Of a DNA stretch of 64,000 bases, positions 42,520-52,032 are shown piece by piece. Every line of letters starts with the position of its first letter. Positions within the stretch are counted from its first letter, which is position 1. The DNA lies in the sequence record NC_025447.1; one strand, given 5' to 3'. The DNA is from Escherichia phage 121Q. The notes beneath the pieces were generated by a model. That model had not been told where the DNA came from, made no database searches, and worked only from the letters and a program-made list of their open reading frames with translations. Position numbers and translations under genes: made by a program.

Positions 42520-42864
42520 ATGTATAATTTGAACCTAATCTCATATATTATAACAACACTGTTTACATTCTATGCCTTTGTTGGTATAATCCTACTGTAC
42601 TTTAAATTTTATAAAGTGTTTAACCGTTTCTATCCTTCAATGGAGAATGAGTTTTTCTTTGTGTTGTACGTAGGTTACACATTAATGGCTACATGTTTCA
42701 CTGTAGCCGATGGTGTCATCGGCATTAAAACTGATTCCCCAAATGGTAGTACGCTGGTTGCATTTATTCTTACTGGATTCCTTGCAACTTATATTGCCTT
42801 CATTACAACATGGTCAGTGGTTGAATTTCTCTTGCGACTACGAAAGAATATGCCGAATCGATAG
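42520..42864 (+). CDS. small polytopic membrane protein, paralog family
   Basis: ATG at 42520; ends LLRLRKNMPNR. Confidence 0.45.
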   Translation: MYNLNLISYIITTLFTFYAFVGIILLYFKFYKVFNRFYPSMENEFFFVLYVGYTLMATCFTVADGVIGIKTDSPNGSTLVAFILTGFLATYIAFITTWSVVEFLLRLRKNMPNR

Positions 42865-42873
42865 GAGACATAT

Positions 42874-43128
42874 ATGTTTGCGTTGCGTAATAAAAACACT
42901 AAAGAATTATTATGTATTGATACCGTATGGGATTGTGCGGGTTCAACTACAGTTCTTGAAGAAGGAACTGGATATTGCGTGTTTGTTGTACATGATAGGA
43001 ATGAACTCGAATTATTACTTGCTGAGTTCAATGCTGGTGGTAATCCTAACAGTACTGAATACCCTGAGATTATCAATCCAGCACCTCCAGGTTCATATGA
43101 AATCCTACCACTATGGGTGTTGAAATAA
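42874..43128 (+). CDS. hypothetical protein
   Basis: ORF track. Confidence 0.4.
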   Translation: MFALRNKNTKELLCIDTVWDCAGSTTVLEEGTGYCVFVVHDRNELELLLAEFNAGGNPNSTEYPEIINPAPPGSYEILPLWVLK

Positions 43129-43508
43129 TGCGACAAATGTACAAAGTAACCGAGCTAAACAAGCGTCTGGTTAAACAATCTATGTTTGAGGATAAAGAGT
43201 CTTACTATAACTTTAAACGTGCTGTAGAGGCTGCTATCCACATTCAGAAGCTTAAAGAACGTGGTTGTATTATTCTGGAAAATGGTTCGGAAGTTGTAAC
43301 GGATGACTTTAGTGTAGCGTTTGATGTTTCACCTGATGGGACGCTATCAATGCCCCGCTTAGGAACTGGAAACATGACTGTTTGGGTTGGCTTCACTATG
43401 GGGAATGTACCTGGTACTGTGTACGTAGATGATGCGGAATTGAAAGACAGTTTCAAAAACTTATCTTATCTTGAACCACAATACGCACATGAAATGAATT
43501 TATTTTGA
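43126..43508 (+). CDS. hypothetical protein
   Basis: ATG at 43126 immediately after upstream stop. Confidence 0.45.
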
Positions 43509-43509
43509 G

Positions 43510-43537
43510 TTGACAAACACATTCAGTACTGTATAAT
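43510..43537 (+). promoter_or_regulatory. sigma70-like early promoter (TTGACA - 16 nt - TATAAT)
   Basis: Spacer contains CAGTACTG. Confidence 0.5.
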
Positions 43538-43584
43538 GCTTATCAAGGGGATGAACTTCTCATCCCTACAATCGAGGAACTACC

Positions 43585-44139
43585 ATGATTACTTTTAAGA
43601 AAACTGCTAACCACATCCATGAAATCTACATTAACGGTCATAAAGCTGGCCTTCTTCGTTTACTCGCCCATCACCCTGATGCTACCGTATCTGATAATGA
43701 ACCTAAAGATTGGCGTGTCTTTTTCTTTGGAAAGTACAGTGATTTTCAAGTATCAAACCTGAAGAACATTCGTTCAGTATGCACGTTAACTGAAATTAAA
43801 GAAAAGTTAGCACAAGCATTGAAAACTAATCCAGATGGTGTTCTTCCACCTGATAACTTTGTAGAGAAAGGTTATGCCTTAGCTCATTTCAAAGATGGTA
43901 CTATTCAATCTATCAGTACTGAATATGAATATCATTGGACTGAGTACTTCACTTATGGTTCGAGTAATACATTGATGGATTCACGTAGTAAATTGGAAGA
44001 AGTACTGACTCGTATGAATGAACGCGAGCGTCAGTTATATGACAAACCAGAAATGTGGAGTTCAACTTACATTGACCGTATTGACTATGTTATTATGACT
44101 CCAATCTTTGACACTGCTTACTATGATTCTTTGAAATAA
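43585..44139 (+). CDS. hypothetical protein
   Basis: ORF track. Confidence 0.5.
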   Translation: MITFKKTANHIHEIYINGHKAGLLRLLAHHPDATVSDNEPKDWRVFFFGKYSDFQVSNLKNIRSVCTLTEIKEKLAQALKTNPDGVLPPDNFVEKGYALAHFKDGTIQSISTEYEYHWTEYFTYGSSNTLMDSRSKLEEVLTRMNERERQLYDKPEMWSSTYIDRIDYVIMTPIFDTAYYDSLK

Positions 44140-44366
44140 GGATAACTTATATGAAACTACGTACTCGTAATCGACTGATGGATGCACTGTACCATGAACA
44201 GCTTTCACTGAATGAAGTGAAGCGTCAGTTAATGTACACATATCAGTTTCCCGCTCGCATTGCAAAACAACGTGCTAAAGAATTGCTGAAAGAAGCAATC
44301 GAGTACTGGGAATCTGATTCGTACTAATATTACGTGATATGTCACGTTAATTAAGTGAGGCGATAA

Positions 44367-44618
44367 ATGAAAATATTATTAGTTCTAATACTACTAATAG
44401 TTTTACCATTTACTTTAGTATCCCCTGGACTTGCATGGAATGTATTTGTGTACTTAGTATGTACTATTGTAGTAAATGGTATCTTGTTCTTAGTTCTATT
44501 CATAAATGGAATAGGACACGGTGGAGGATGGACCAGTACTGCTGATATTGTACATAAAACCACTATGTCTTTATTTGTAATGTGGAATTTGTTCTGGACT
44601 TGGTTTGTGTTCTTCTAA
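44367..44618 (+). CDS. small membrane protein
   Basis: ORF track; hydrophobic throughout. Confidence 0.4.
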   Translation: MKILLVLILLIVLPFTLVSPGLAWNVFVYLVCTIVVNGILFLVLFINGIGHGGGWTSTADIVHKTTMSLFVMWNLFWTWFVFF

Positions 44619-44626
44619 TTAAAAAT

Positions 44627-44998
44627 ATGAATATAGATTTGAAAGGTGCAACACGAACTGTTATCCTCATTGGGGAATATGCTATCAAGATTCCAACCTT
44701 TAAAAGTTGGAAGCTATTCTTAACAGGGATGATAGCTAACCTCAATGAACGTTCGTGGATGCAGTACTCCAATCGTAGTGATAGTAGTATCTGTCCTACG
44801 TTGTGGTCATCATGTACTGGACTAGTAACTGTACAGAAACGTTGTAAGCCAGTGCAACATAGGGGTTTATTTTGGGTGGAGTTGTGTGCATTAGCATCTA
44901 AATCAGAGTTGAGTACTGACTTCTTCTATTCAGATGCGAAGCCAGAAAACTTTGGGTATCTGGGTGGTAAGTTAGTTAAACTTGATTATGGAGATTAA
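44627..44998 (+). CDS. hypothetical protein
   Basis: ATG at 44627; track ORF 44582-44998. Confidence 0.4.
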   Translation: MNIDLKGATRTVILIGEYAIKIPTFKSWKLFLTGMIANLNERSWMQYSNRSDSSICPTLWSSCTGLVTVQKRCKPVQHRGLFWVELCALASKSELSTDFFYSDAKPENFGYLGGKLVKLDYGD

Positions 44999-44999
44999 T

Positions 45000-45269
45000 A
45001 TGTACGCACTGTATAATAAAGAAAAGAAACGATTTGCTAAGGTTGAAATTTCGATTGATACATTTGATATGTTGGAGTACTGTATTGTAACTGACCTATA
45101 TGCTAACTTGTATTACGTTCTTGATGACGTATCAGTACTGCAACGATTGCTTGAGAATTCCAAAAGTCAATGCCAGGGCATCCATGATGGTTCATCTTAT
45201 GAAACACCTGAGTGTTCCTACGGCTATCTGGACGGGTATGAGATTGTGAAGTTGGGGATCATTGAATAA
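45000..45269 (+). CDS. hypothetical protein
   Basis: ATG at 45000; track ORF 44982-45269. Confidence 0.4.
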   Translation: MYALYNKEKKRFAKVEISIDTFDMLEYCIVTDLYANLYYVLDDVSVLQRLLENSKSQCQGIHDGSSYETPECSYGYLDGYEIVKLGIIE

Positions 45270-45273
45270 AGAA

Positions 45274-45309
45274 AAGGGTTGACTTCGGTCAGCCCTTTTT
45301 GCTATAATT
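45274..45309 (+). promoter_or_regulatory. stem-loop terminator overlapping promoter (PeSL-like cassette, canonical copy)
   Basis: AAGGGTTGAC-TTCG-GTCAGCCCTT + TTTT; TTGACT in stem, TATAAT 18 nt downstream; near-identical to copies at 46561 and 48723. Confidence 0.6.
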
Positions 45310-45336
45310 ATTTCATCAAGACGAGAGGATGAATAC

Positions 45337-45852
45337 ATGACACGCATTAACTTAGTACACGTTAAAGAACTTGCTGACCAACATCTGATGGCTGAATATC
45401 GTGAACTCCCACGTGTATTTGGTGCTGTACAAAAACACGTTCAAGCACGTAAGCGTGTACGTGATTTCAAAATTAATAGTACTTATCTGTTAGGTTCAGG
45501 TCATGTGACATTCTTTTACGACAAGTTATTGTACTTACAGAAGCGTCATATTGATATTGTCAACGAATGTCTGCGTCGTGGTATGAAGATTCAAAACACT
45601 GAAGTAAACGACATTAGCGGCTTCCCTGCTGAGTTTTGTAATGACTACGTACCAACGGAGTCAGAGATTAAAATGTCTCGTGATCGTTTGATTGAGAAGC
45701 TCCAGATGAAGCCTACGTGGTATAAGTTTACTGATGTTGAATGTCCACAGTACGTTAAAGATATGCAGAACGTAAGTAGTAAGAACGAATCTAGTACTGA
45801 TATGTTCGACGAAATTGAAGAACAAATCAAAGATGAAATGAATAATTATTAA
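45337..45852 (+). CDS. denV: endonuclease V (pyrimidine-dimer DNA glycosylase) homolog
   Basis: N-terminal about 130 aa closely match phage T4 DenV as recalled (MTRINL...[21 protein letters not shown]...KRVRDFKI...[10 protein letters not shown]...PTWYK); extra acidic C-terminal tail; not alignment-verified. Confidence 0.85.
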   Translation: MTRINLVHVKELADQHLMAEYRELPRVFGAVQKHVQARKRVRDFKINSTYLLGSGHVTFFYDKLLYLQKRHIDIVNECLRRGMKIQNTEVNDISGFPAEFCNDYVPTESEIKMSRDRLIEKLQMKPTWYKFTDVECPQYVKDMQNVSSKNESSTDMFDEIEEQIKDEMNNY

Positions 45853-45856
45853 AGGA

Positions 45857-45877
45857 AAGGGTTGACTTCGGTTACAC
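45857..45877 (+). promoter_or_regulatory. degenerate copy of the stem-loop cassette
   Basis: GGGTTGACTTCGGTTAC: 5' half conserved, 3' half diverged. Confidence 0.3.
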
Positions 45878-45890
45878 AAAGGAACATAAC

Positions 45891-46085
45891 ATGTTATTAG
45901 TATATTCAACGCGTTTCTGGATTTCTTTTATTGTACTATCGCTAATCGGCTTCGGTTTGAGTATACTCTTTTCGTGGGATGAATTGGGTACATGGTATTA
46001 TGAAGTCCCGTGGTACATGAAGATAGCTCCTTGTTATGCGGCATTGTTCGTGTCATTCCTTATTGTTGTCTTCAGCGAGGATTAG
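45891..46085 (+). CDS. small membrane protein
   Basis: ORF track; two hydrophobic segments. Confidence 0.4.
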   Translation: MLLVYSTRFWISFIVLSLIGFGLSILFSWDELGTWYYEVPWYMKIAPCYAALFVSFLIVVFSED

Positions 46086-46191
46086 TTGATGTAGTATGTG
46101 CTACACCAAAGTATTTGGATATTTTAGATATAAACATTGACACCTGTTATATCTTTCTGTATTATGTACATCACCAAATGAGGAATACAAC

Positions 46192-46551
46192 ATGGCATCT
46201 TTAAGTGAAATCGCAGAATACAACCCACTAACAATCTCAACAATTCAACGTACAAAAACTTTTTATTTCCGTCCTGCTGATGGATGGAAACGTGGAATGA
46301 ATGGTGACTATCGAGTACTGGAAGATTCACTAATCGAGCGTATCAACTCTGAACTACAGAAGTATGAAGGTGTTAAAGTTGTGCGTTCAACTTCTCGTTA
46401 TTTTGAGTACTACATTGAGTCTTCAACTGTAAATGAAAACTCATCATTCTCGGTGGACAACACTGATATTCTTCGTAATGCAGTTGGTCTGTTATGCAAC
46501 ATTGCAGAAGAAATGGGCTTAACTATTACTACTATGAGTGAATTAGAATAA
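46192..46551 (+). CDS. hypothetical protein
   Basis: ORF track. Confidence 0.45.
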   Translation: MASLSEIAEYNPLTISTIQRTKTFYFRPADGWKRGMNGDYRVLEDSLIERINSELQKYEGVKVVRSTSRYFEYYIESSTVNENSSFSVDNTDILRNAVGLLCNIAEEMGLTITTMSELE

Positions 46552-46560
46552 CATAAAGGG

Positions 46561-46596
46561 TTGACTTCGGTCAGCCCTTTTTGCTATAATTATTTC
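46561..46596 (+). promoter_or_regulatory. stem-loop terminator overlapping promoter (PeSL-like cassette, canonical copy)
   Basis: AAGGGTTGACTTCGGTCAGCCCTTTTTGCTATAATTATTTCATCAA. Confidence 0.6.
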
Positions 46597-46616
46597 ATCA
46601 ACACAAGAGGTAACAA

Positions 46617-46856
46617 ATGAAACTATCTTTTATACGATTAGCTGAATTCTTCGGTACTGATATCATTACTTTACAACAAATTGCAGACAATACTTCATTA
46701 AGTATACAAGAAGTACTTGACTTAGATGTAATTCAGTGCGATAATACTTCAATCGATTTCAAAGAAGGTCTTGTCGAAAAAGATAAGATTCAGGCTAAGA
46801 TTAATGGTGCTGGACGGGTTCAGTACTGGAAAGGTATATTATCAAATTCAATTTGA
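46617..46856 (+). CDS. hypothetical protein
   Basis: ORF track. Confidence 0.4.
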   Translation: MKLSFIRLAEFFGTDIITLQQIADNTSLSIQEVLDLDVIQCDNTSIDFKEGLVEKDKIQAKINGAGRVQYWKGILSNSI

Positions 46857-46899
46857 AATTTTTTGTTATTCATCATATGATAATGAATGGGAACCATAA

Positions 46900-48363
46900 A
46901 TGTATAAAGTATATCGTTCAATTGAAGTTGAAAATGCATTAAGCTTGGCAAAAAGTGAAGAAGCATTTAGAATTTCGTTATTCATTCTTCGTGAAAAGCA
47001 TCCACAATTGCCAATTCCTGATTCATTTGATCAATTGGAGCAGGATACTAATACAGAATGTGATGAAAGTCTGTTGGGATTAATTCGAAATCCAAAGACC
47101 AAAGCTAAGTTCTATCTTAAAATTTGTAAAATTTGTGCAAATGATGTTCAATTGCATGGTTTGGGTGTGTATATTATTGCACAATCGTCATATTTGAATT
47201 CAATAATTCCATGTGGTTGTAGTGAGATACCAAAATGGACTCGTTATCAATATATTATTCGAATAGAAAGAAAAATTTCAAAAACTGGAAAGAAATTATT
47301 ATCAATACCAACTGGTATAATTAAAAGTAATACATATAAACCAACTCTTGTATGTGAACATCACCCAGATGAACTCATGAACAGTGCAACTATAAATGGT
47401 ATTTTATTTGGTTCGAATGGTACAAATGATGGATGTGTTAAATGTGGGAATGAAAGAAAGAAACAGTATCATCGTGAAAGTAATAACGGATTGGAAAATC
47501 ACATTAACGAAATAATGAATACTGGTAAGTTTCATCCAAAGACCACGTTCAAGCGTAGTGATACAGTTAATGATTATGGGAGATTTAGTAAACTTGTATA
47601 CTCATGTCCAATTTGTGCAAACGATGAATATACAAAAAATGGTTTATGTACTGGTGAATTTGAGCAAGAAATGCACACACTCAAACAGGGGCATTTAAGT
47701 TGTCGCTGTACTGGCGGGTTTCGTTGGACAAAAGAACAGCGTGAATATCAAATTAAAAAAGAATTATGTAATCGCTCAACTGATGAAGTGATGTTTACAT
47801 TTATTGGCTGGGACGGTGAATACACTAATTCCCGTAGTGTGTTTTTATATTCACGTAGTGATAGTTCAATTCAACAAAAAATTAATATTGCAGATTTTTT
47901 CAGTTTTGAATATGGTTTTTCAATGTATAATGAGTACGGGTTTAAGAAAAACAAACCTACACGTTCATATATGAACGTTGATCAAACAAACGAATCGGAT
48001 AAATTCGGAATAACCCAACAGGGTAACAGTATCAAACCCCGACTTAAAAAAATTAACAAATCTTTTTTAGAAGAGTATGGTGTTGATAATTTTTGGACTA
48101 ATGTATTAGTTATTTTTTTTCACACCGAAGAAGGGGGATTTTTGGCATCGGAGTTGGAAACACAAGTCCATACTGTTGCATTGTGTGGAAAACCACATAA
48201 AAATATTGGCTATTATAAAAGAGGTGATGGTTATACTGAAACATACAACAACATACATCGTCAAAATGTAATTGAAGTAATAAAACAATTCTTAGCCAAA
48301 CATGAAGGTGAGTACATTATTGAACGTGATATTAATGGTATTTTTGGTGAAGTAATTTTATAA
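46900..48363 (+). CDS. Cys-rich hypothetical protein (487 aa), possible zinc-binding nuclease-like protein
   Basis: Repeated Cys pairs (CKICAND, CGCSEIP, CVKCGNE, CPICANDEY, CRCTGG); no catalytic motif identified. Confidence 0.5.
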   Translation: MYKVYRSIEVENALSLAKSEEAFRISLFILREKHPQLPIPDSFDQLEQDTNTECDESLLGLIRNPKTKAKFYLKICKICANDVQLHGLGVYIIAQSSYLNSIIPCGCSEIPKWTRYQYIIRIERKISKTGKKLLSIPTGIIKSNTYKPTLVCEHHPDELMNSATINGILFGSNGTNDGCVKCGNERKKQYHRESNNGLENHINEIMNTGKFHPKTTFKRSDTVNDYGRFSKLVYSCPICANDEYTKNGLCTGEFEQEMHTLKQGHLSCRCTGGFRWTKEQREYQIKKELCNRSTDEVMFTFIGWDGEYTNSRSVFLYSRSDSSIQQKINIADFFSFEYGFSMYNEYGFKKNKPTRSYMNVDQTNESDKFGITQQGNSIKPRLKKINKSFLEEYGVDNFWTNVLVIFFHTEEGGFLASELETQVHTVALCGKPHKNIGYYKRGDGYTETYNNIHRQNVIEVIKQFLAKHEGEYIIERDINGIFGEVIL

Positions 48364-48383
48364 AATAAAAGAGGTTAATTAAA

Positions 48384-48710
48384 ATGAAAAAGTTAATGTT
48401 AGTTATGTTAATGTGTTTATCAACAACAGTGAATGCAAAAAATGAATCATCAACTACTTGTAAATCTTCAAAAACTGATACGATTTATCAACTGTATTTG
48501 GATGTTTCAACAAAAACTGCTAAAATTGATGGAAAGAAATTTATGTTCGAAAGTCAAGAAGTTTTTAAAGACGGGAGTGGTTCATATACTATTTTTTCAA
48601 ATGATAAATTAAATCAAAAATTAAAAGTTTTTGTTATAAAACCAAATAAGATAAAATATATAATTACCTATAATGGTAAAAATATTGATATGGGTAATTG
48701 TGTGTATTAA
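48384..48710 (+). CDS. hypothetical secreted protein (signal peptide)
   Basis: N-terminus MKKLMLVMLMCLSTTVNA. Confidence 0.45.
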   Translation: MKKLMLVMLMCLSTTVNAKNESSTTCKSSKTDTIYQLYLDVSTKTAKIDGKKFMFESQEVFKDGSGSYTIFSNDKLNQKLKVFVIKPNKIKYIITYNGKNIDMGNCVY

Positions 48711-48722
48711 ATATGTTTATAA

Positions 48723-48757
48723 AAAGGGTTGACTTCGGTCAGCCCTTTTTGCTATAA
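48723..48757 (+). promoter_or_regulatory. stem-loop terminator overlapping promoter (PeSL-like cassette, canonical copy)
   Basis: AAAAAGGGTTGACTTCGGTCAGCCCTTTTTGCTATAATTATTTCATCAA. Confidence 0.6.
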
Positions 48758-48786
48758 TTATTTCATCAACTGATGAGGATAACGAA

Positions 48787-49557
48787 ATGACCAGAGAAGC
48801 ACGCAGCATTCAAATTCAGAAAAACTTCAACTCCATGATGGTTGCTCTTGAGTGTTTGCTCGATGATAGCAGTACTGTAAAAAGTATGGTTGTCAGTGGT
48901 GCTCCTGGTGTTGGCAAGACTTACACCCTGTCTAAACGCCTCCAGAAAGCTCATGACGCAGCAGAATGGAACGTAGCTACCATCAGTGGTAAAATGACTA
49001 CTCTGGCTCTGTACGAAGTTCTGTACAAGAATCGTCATAGCACCAACGTATTAGTACTGGACGATATGGACAGTATTTTTGATTCTGAAGACGGTATGAA
49101 CCTGCTCAAAGCAGTACTGGATAGTGGTAAGCGTACCGTGTCTTATATGACTAGCTCTAAGTACTTGAGCACTAACGGAATTCCTAATAGCTTTGATTTT
49201 AATGGTCGCATCGTATTCATTACTAACAAAGATTTAGCGTTAGATGCTAAAGCTAAAACTAAAATGTCTGCTCATTATGCTGCTCTTATGTCTCGTTCTG
49301 TGTACGTGGATTTACAGATTCAGACTAAAAGTGATATCATGATTCATATTGAGAACGTGATGAATCAGACTAACATTTTAGAATCTAAGGGTATTAACCG
49401 TAATGGTAGTAAAGCAATTCTGAACTGGATGTTGAAGCACGAAGATTCTCTTCGTTCACCTTCACTGCGTATGCCACTGTTGATTTCGGCAGTATATAAC
49501 AACAACCCATACGATTGGGAAGAACAGTGCGAAAACTTGTTCCTTGAGAAAATTTAA
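48787..49557 (+). CDS. P-loop NTPase (AAA-like ATPase)
   Basis: Walker A GAPGVGKT and Walker B-like VLVLDDMD read from the product. Confidence 0.6.
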   Translation: MTREARSIQIQKNFNSMMVALECLLDDSSTVKSMVVSGAPGVGKTYTLSKRLQKAHDAAEWNVATISGKMTTLALYEVLYKNRHSTNVLVLDDMDSIFDSEDGMNLLKAVLDSGKRTVSYMTSSKYLSTNGIPNSFDFNGRIVFITNKDLALDAKAKTKMSAHYAALMSRSVYVDLQIQTKSDIMIHIENVMNQTNILESKGINRNGSKAILNWMLKHEDSLRSPSLRMPLLISAVYNNNPYDWEEQCENLFLEKI

Positions 49558-49564
49558 TTCAATA

Positions 49565-49596
49565 TTGACAGTACTAACAACGTGTAGTACTATAAC
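49565..49596 (+). promoter_or_regulatory. sigma70-like promoter (TTGACA ... TATAAC)
   Basis: Spacer contains AGTACT twice; upstream of membrane-paralog array. Confidence 0.4.
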
Positions 49597-49622
49597 AAAA
49601 GTTTAATCACTGGAGACACTCA

Positions 49623-49964
49623 ATGCGTGAGTTTTTTGAATCTAATATAATGCTTGGTATCACACTGATATACATGTTTGTATTCTTGTTTTATCATTCA
49701 ATTGTAATTAGTCTTTGGTATTTTAAAAGGAAAGTTGTTTTTAAATTGTATTCATATAATAATGTATTCTTGGTTGTATATAGCATTATACAAGGTGGAT
49801 TTATTTTATTTGGTGTGATGACATATGTGATTTACATGTTACAAATTGATAACACACCACACATTACACAATATGTTGTGTTTTCAGGACTAATCGTCTG
49901 GTTATTGGTGTGTACTATGTACTTTATTATTAAAGCTCGTGATAACTTTAAATGGGGATTCTAA
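49623..49964 (+). CDS. small polytopic membrane protein, tandem paralog 1
   Basis: ORF track; related to next copy (…FFESNIMLGITLIYMFVF… vs …FFKSDTMISITLIYLFGF…). Confidence 0.45.
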   Translation: MREFFESNIMLGITLIYMFVFLFYHSIVISLWYFKRKVVFKLYSYNNVFLVVYSIIQGGFILFGVMTYVIYMLQIDNTPHITQYVVFSGLIVWLLVCTMYFIIKARDNFKWGF

Positions 49965-50302
49965 TGTTAGAATTTTTTAAATCAGATACAATGATTAGTA
50001 TTACTTTGATTTATCTTTTTGGTTTTTTCTTTTATCATGCACTAGTTGTAGTACTATGGTATTTTAAAAAGAAAATTGTTTTTAAACTGTATCCAGTGAG
50101 GAATTCATCACTAGTTCTTTACACACTTGTTCAAGGTTTGTTTGCAATTGTTGGTCTTATGGCACACTTAATTTATTGTGCTAATCCTCACTTGAACTCA
50201 ATCTCACAATATATTGTATTCTTTGGATTGTTCATTTGGTTAGTTGCATACTTAATCCATCTCATTATTCATGGTAGAGATAAAATTCGCGGAGACTTCT
50301 AA
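49955..50302 (+). CDS. small polytopic membrane protein, tandem paralog 2
   Basis: ATG at 49955; ends HGRDKIRGDF. Confidence 0.45.
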   Translation, partial: GILMLEFFKSDTMISITLIYLFGFFFYHALVVVLWYFKKKIVFKLYPVRNSSLVLYTLVQGLFAIVGLMAHLIYCANPHLNSISQYIVFFGLFIWLVAYLIHLIIHGRDKIRGDF

Positions 50303-50649
50303 TGTTTGAAGCTTATCTTGAGTTTTTAAGGAGTAGTCCAGTTGCACATTCACTTGCAGGGATTATTCTAACAACTTATGTATCATTTTGGGTAGTTATG
50401 TTTCTAGGATGGTATTTTAAACGACAATTCTATAAACGTAATGGTGAAGATTTTATGAATTCTGTCATTAATCAATCGTTGTTTGCATCAACATTGATTG
50501 CATGTATTGTAGCAACACTCACAGGAAAGGTACTACCAGCTTTTTCCGCAGTTTACGGCACACTTGGGATGATATGTTTAACTTTTATATTGACCATTAA
50601 AATTTGTTGTGTTATGATTGAACTTCGAAATAAGATACCGGAGGAATGA
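50302..50649 (+). CDS. small polytopic membrane protein, tandem paralog 3
   Basis: ORF track; ends ELRNKIPEE. Confidence 0.45.
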   Translation: MFEAYLEFLRSSPVAHSLAGIILTTYVSFWVVMFLGWYFKRQFYKRNGEDFMNSVINQSLFASTLIACIVATLTGKVLPAFSAVYGTLGMICLTFILTIKICCVMIELRNKIPEE

Positions 50650-50984
50650 TGGAGTACTTTATTGATTTACTGCCGTGGTATATGAAAGTTAGTACCATGT
50701 ACTATATTATTAGTGCTGGATTCTACTTTCTGATGTGGTTCTTTAAACGACCAATTTCAGTATTCATCGCTGATAACATGCTGCAATTAAAATTACACGC
50801 ATGGTTTGGTATGGCGATGATTATGCCTATTATTCACTACTCAATGATTAGTAGAGGTTTCCGTTCTAATGGTGAACCAATTGTATTAGTATTCTATTGG
50901 GGTTCAACTATTGCATATGTAAGTTTGTTGTTGTTCCCAGTCGTTCATAAGTTACGTGCTAAAGTTCCTGATGCGAGGTACTAA
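50646..50984 (+). CDS. small polytopic membrane protein, tandem paralog 4
   Basis: ORF track; ATGA overlaps. Confidence 0.45.
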   Translation: MMEYFIDLLPWYMKVSTMYYIISAGFYFLMWFFKRPISVFIADNMLQLKLHAWFGMAMIMPIIHYSMISRGFRSNGEPIVLVFYWGSTIAYVSLLLFPVVHKLRAKVPDARY

Positions 50985-51300
50985 TGGATATAGTAACATT
51001 GATTTACACGTTGTATTCATTCTATTTCATTATGTGTTGGGTTGGATTTTTATTTGTACTCAAGATGTTTGATTATGTTGAAAAACAGATAAAAGAATTT
51101 TGTATTCCTTTTATCGGTTCAACCATTATTAGTGTTTCTTGTGTGTATTTTTTTGGTTTTTGATCCACCAGATAACACTGCAATGATTGACTTGATGTTA
51201 CTACCAACAACTGTTACTTTTTTATGTAGTCTGATGCCGCCGATTAGCCGTGGACTAACAGAATTTAGACGCAATCAAAAGCGTAAACGAGGGATGTAAT
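50984..51300 (+). pseudogene. membrane-protein paralog apparently disrupted by a frameshift
   Basis: 59-codon N-terminal ORF (MDIVTLIYTLYSF...) stops at about 51163; a second frame continues to ...RRNQKRKRGM, matching the C-terminus of the next paralog. Confidence 0.3.
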
Positions 51301-51667
51301 GGAAATTGCTCTTATTATCTTAACTGCTATGCTGTTTATTAGTACTGTGGTTATAATTGGTAAATTCTTTTGTGTATCATTTTTAGAAACGGTATACGAT
51401 GAAATTGCTGATGATTATGAATTCCAAGCCGGATTTTTCATTACGTATTGGCTTAGTTTATTTTGTCTAGTCATTGCTTGGATTTTACATATCTTTAAAT
51501 GGGGTATGGTAGACGGTGATCCTATTATGGCAATTATTGTTCTAGTGTTTGGTATCCTTGGTGGTGCAGTGCATAATCTAATGGTTATCTGGCAAACTGT
51601 TCAATATGTTTTGGTTCCCTATTTCGAAAAGATGCACAGTACAATTAAAAAACGTAAACGAGGTTAG
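51299..51667 (+). CDS. small polytopic membrane protein, tandem paralog 6
   Basis: ORF track; ends TIKKRKRG. Confidence 0.45.
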   Translation: MEIALIILTAMLFISTVVIIGKFFCVSFLETVYDEIADDYEFQAGFFITYWLSLFCLVIAWILHIFKWGMVDGDPIMAIIVLVFGILGGAVHNLMVIWQTVQYVLVPYFEKMHSTIKKRKRG

Positions 51668-51668
51668 T

Positions 51669-52031
51669 ATGAACGGGATAGAATTATCTTTCGTTGGTCA
51701 ATTACTAGTAATGGCGTATACATTTATCTTCTCACTGAATGCATTCGTGTGCATTGGGAAGTACTTCCATAAGCGACCATTATCAAATATATATGATGTA
51801 ATCCAAAAGAGATATAGTCCAGCATATACTGTGTTGGGTACAGTATTCAATTTTGGTTTTATTGTATTAATAATTGGACTGTTCACATCCTCTTTGAATA
51901 CAATAACCTTCGGTCTTATGATATGTTCATTGGTATTAGCCGTAATTATATGTTGTTTAGTACTGCACCTTGTGGTACTATTGTATATAAAGATCTCTGA
52001 AATCCACCAACGTTTGGGTATGAGGAAATAA
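51669..52031 (+). CDS. small polytopic membrane protein, tandem paralog 7
   Basis: ATG at 51669; track ORF 51606-52031. Confidence 0.4.
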   Translation: MNGIELSFVGQLLVMAYTFIFSLNAFVCIGKYFHKRPLSNIYDVIQKRYSPAYTVLGTVFNFGFIVLIIGLFTSSLNTITFGLMICSLVLAVIICCLVLHLVVLLYIKISEIHQRLGMRK

Positions 52032-52032
52032 T

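Noticed and set aside
34695-48757. Possible CRISPR array, given the repeated about 27-bp GGGTTGACTTCGGTCAGCCC elements
   Set aside because: Copies are hundreds to thousands of bp apart and separated by whole genes, each has a T-run and promoter hexamers, and there are no cas genes; they are terminator-promoter cassettes.
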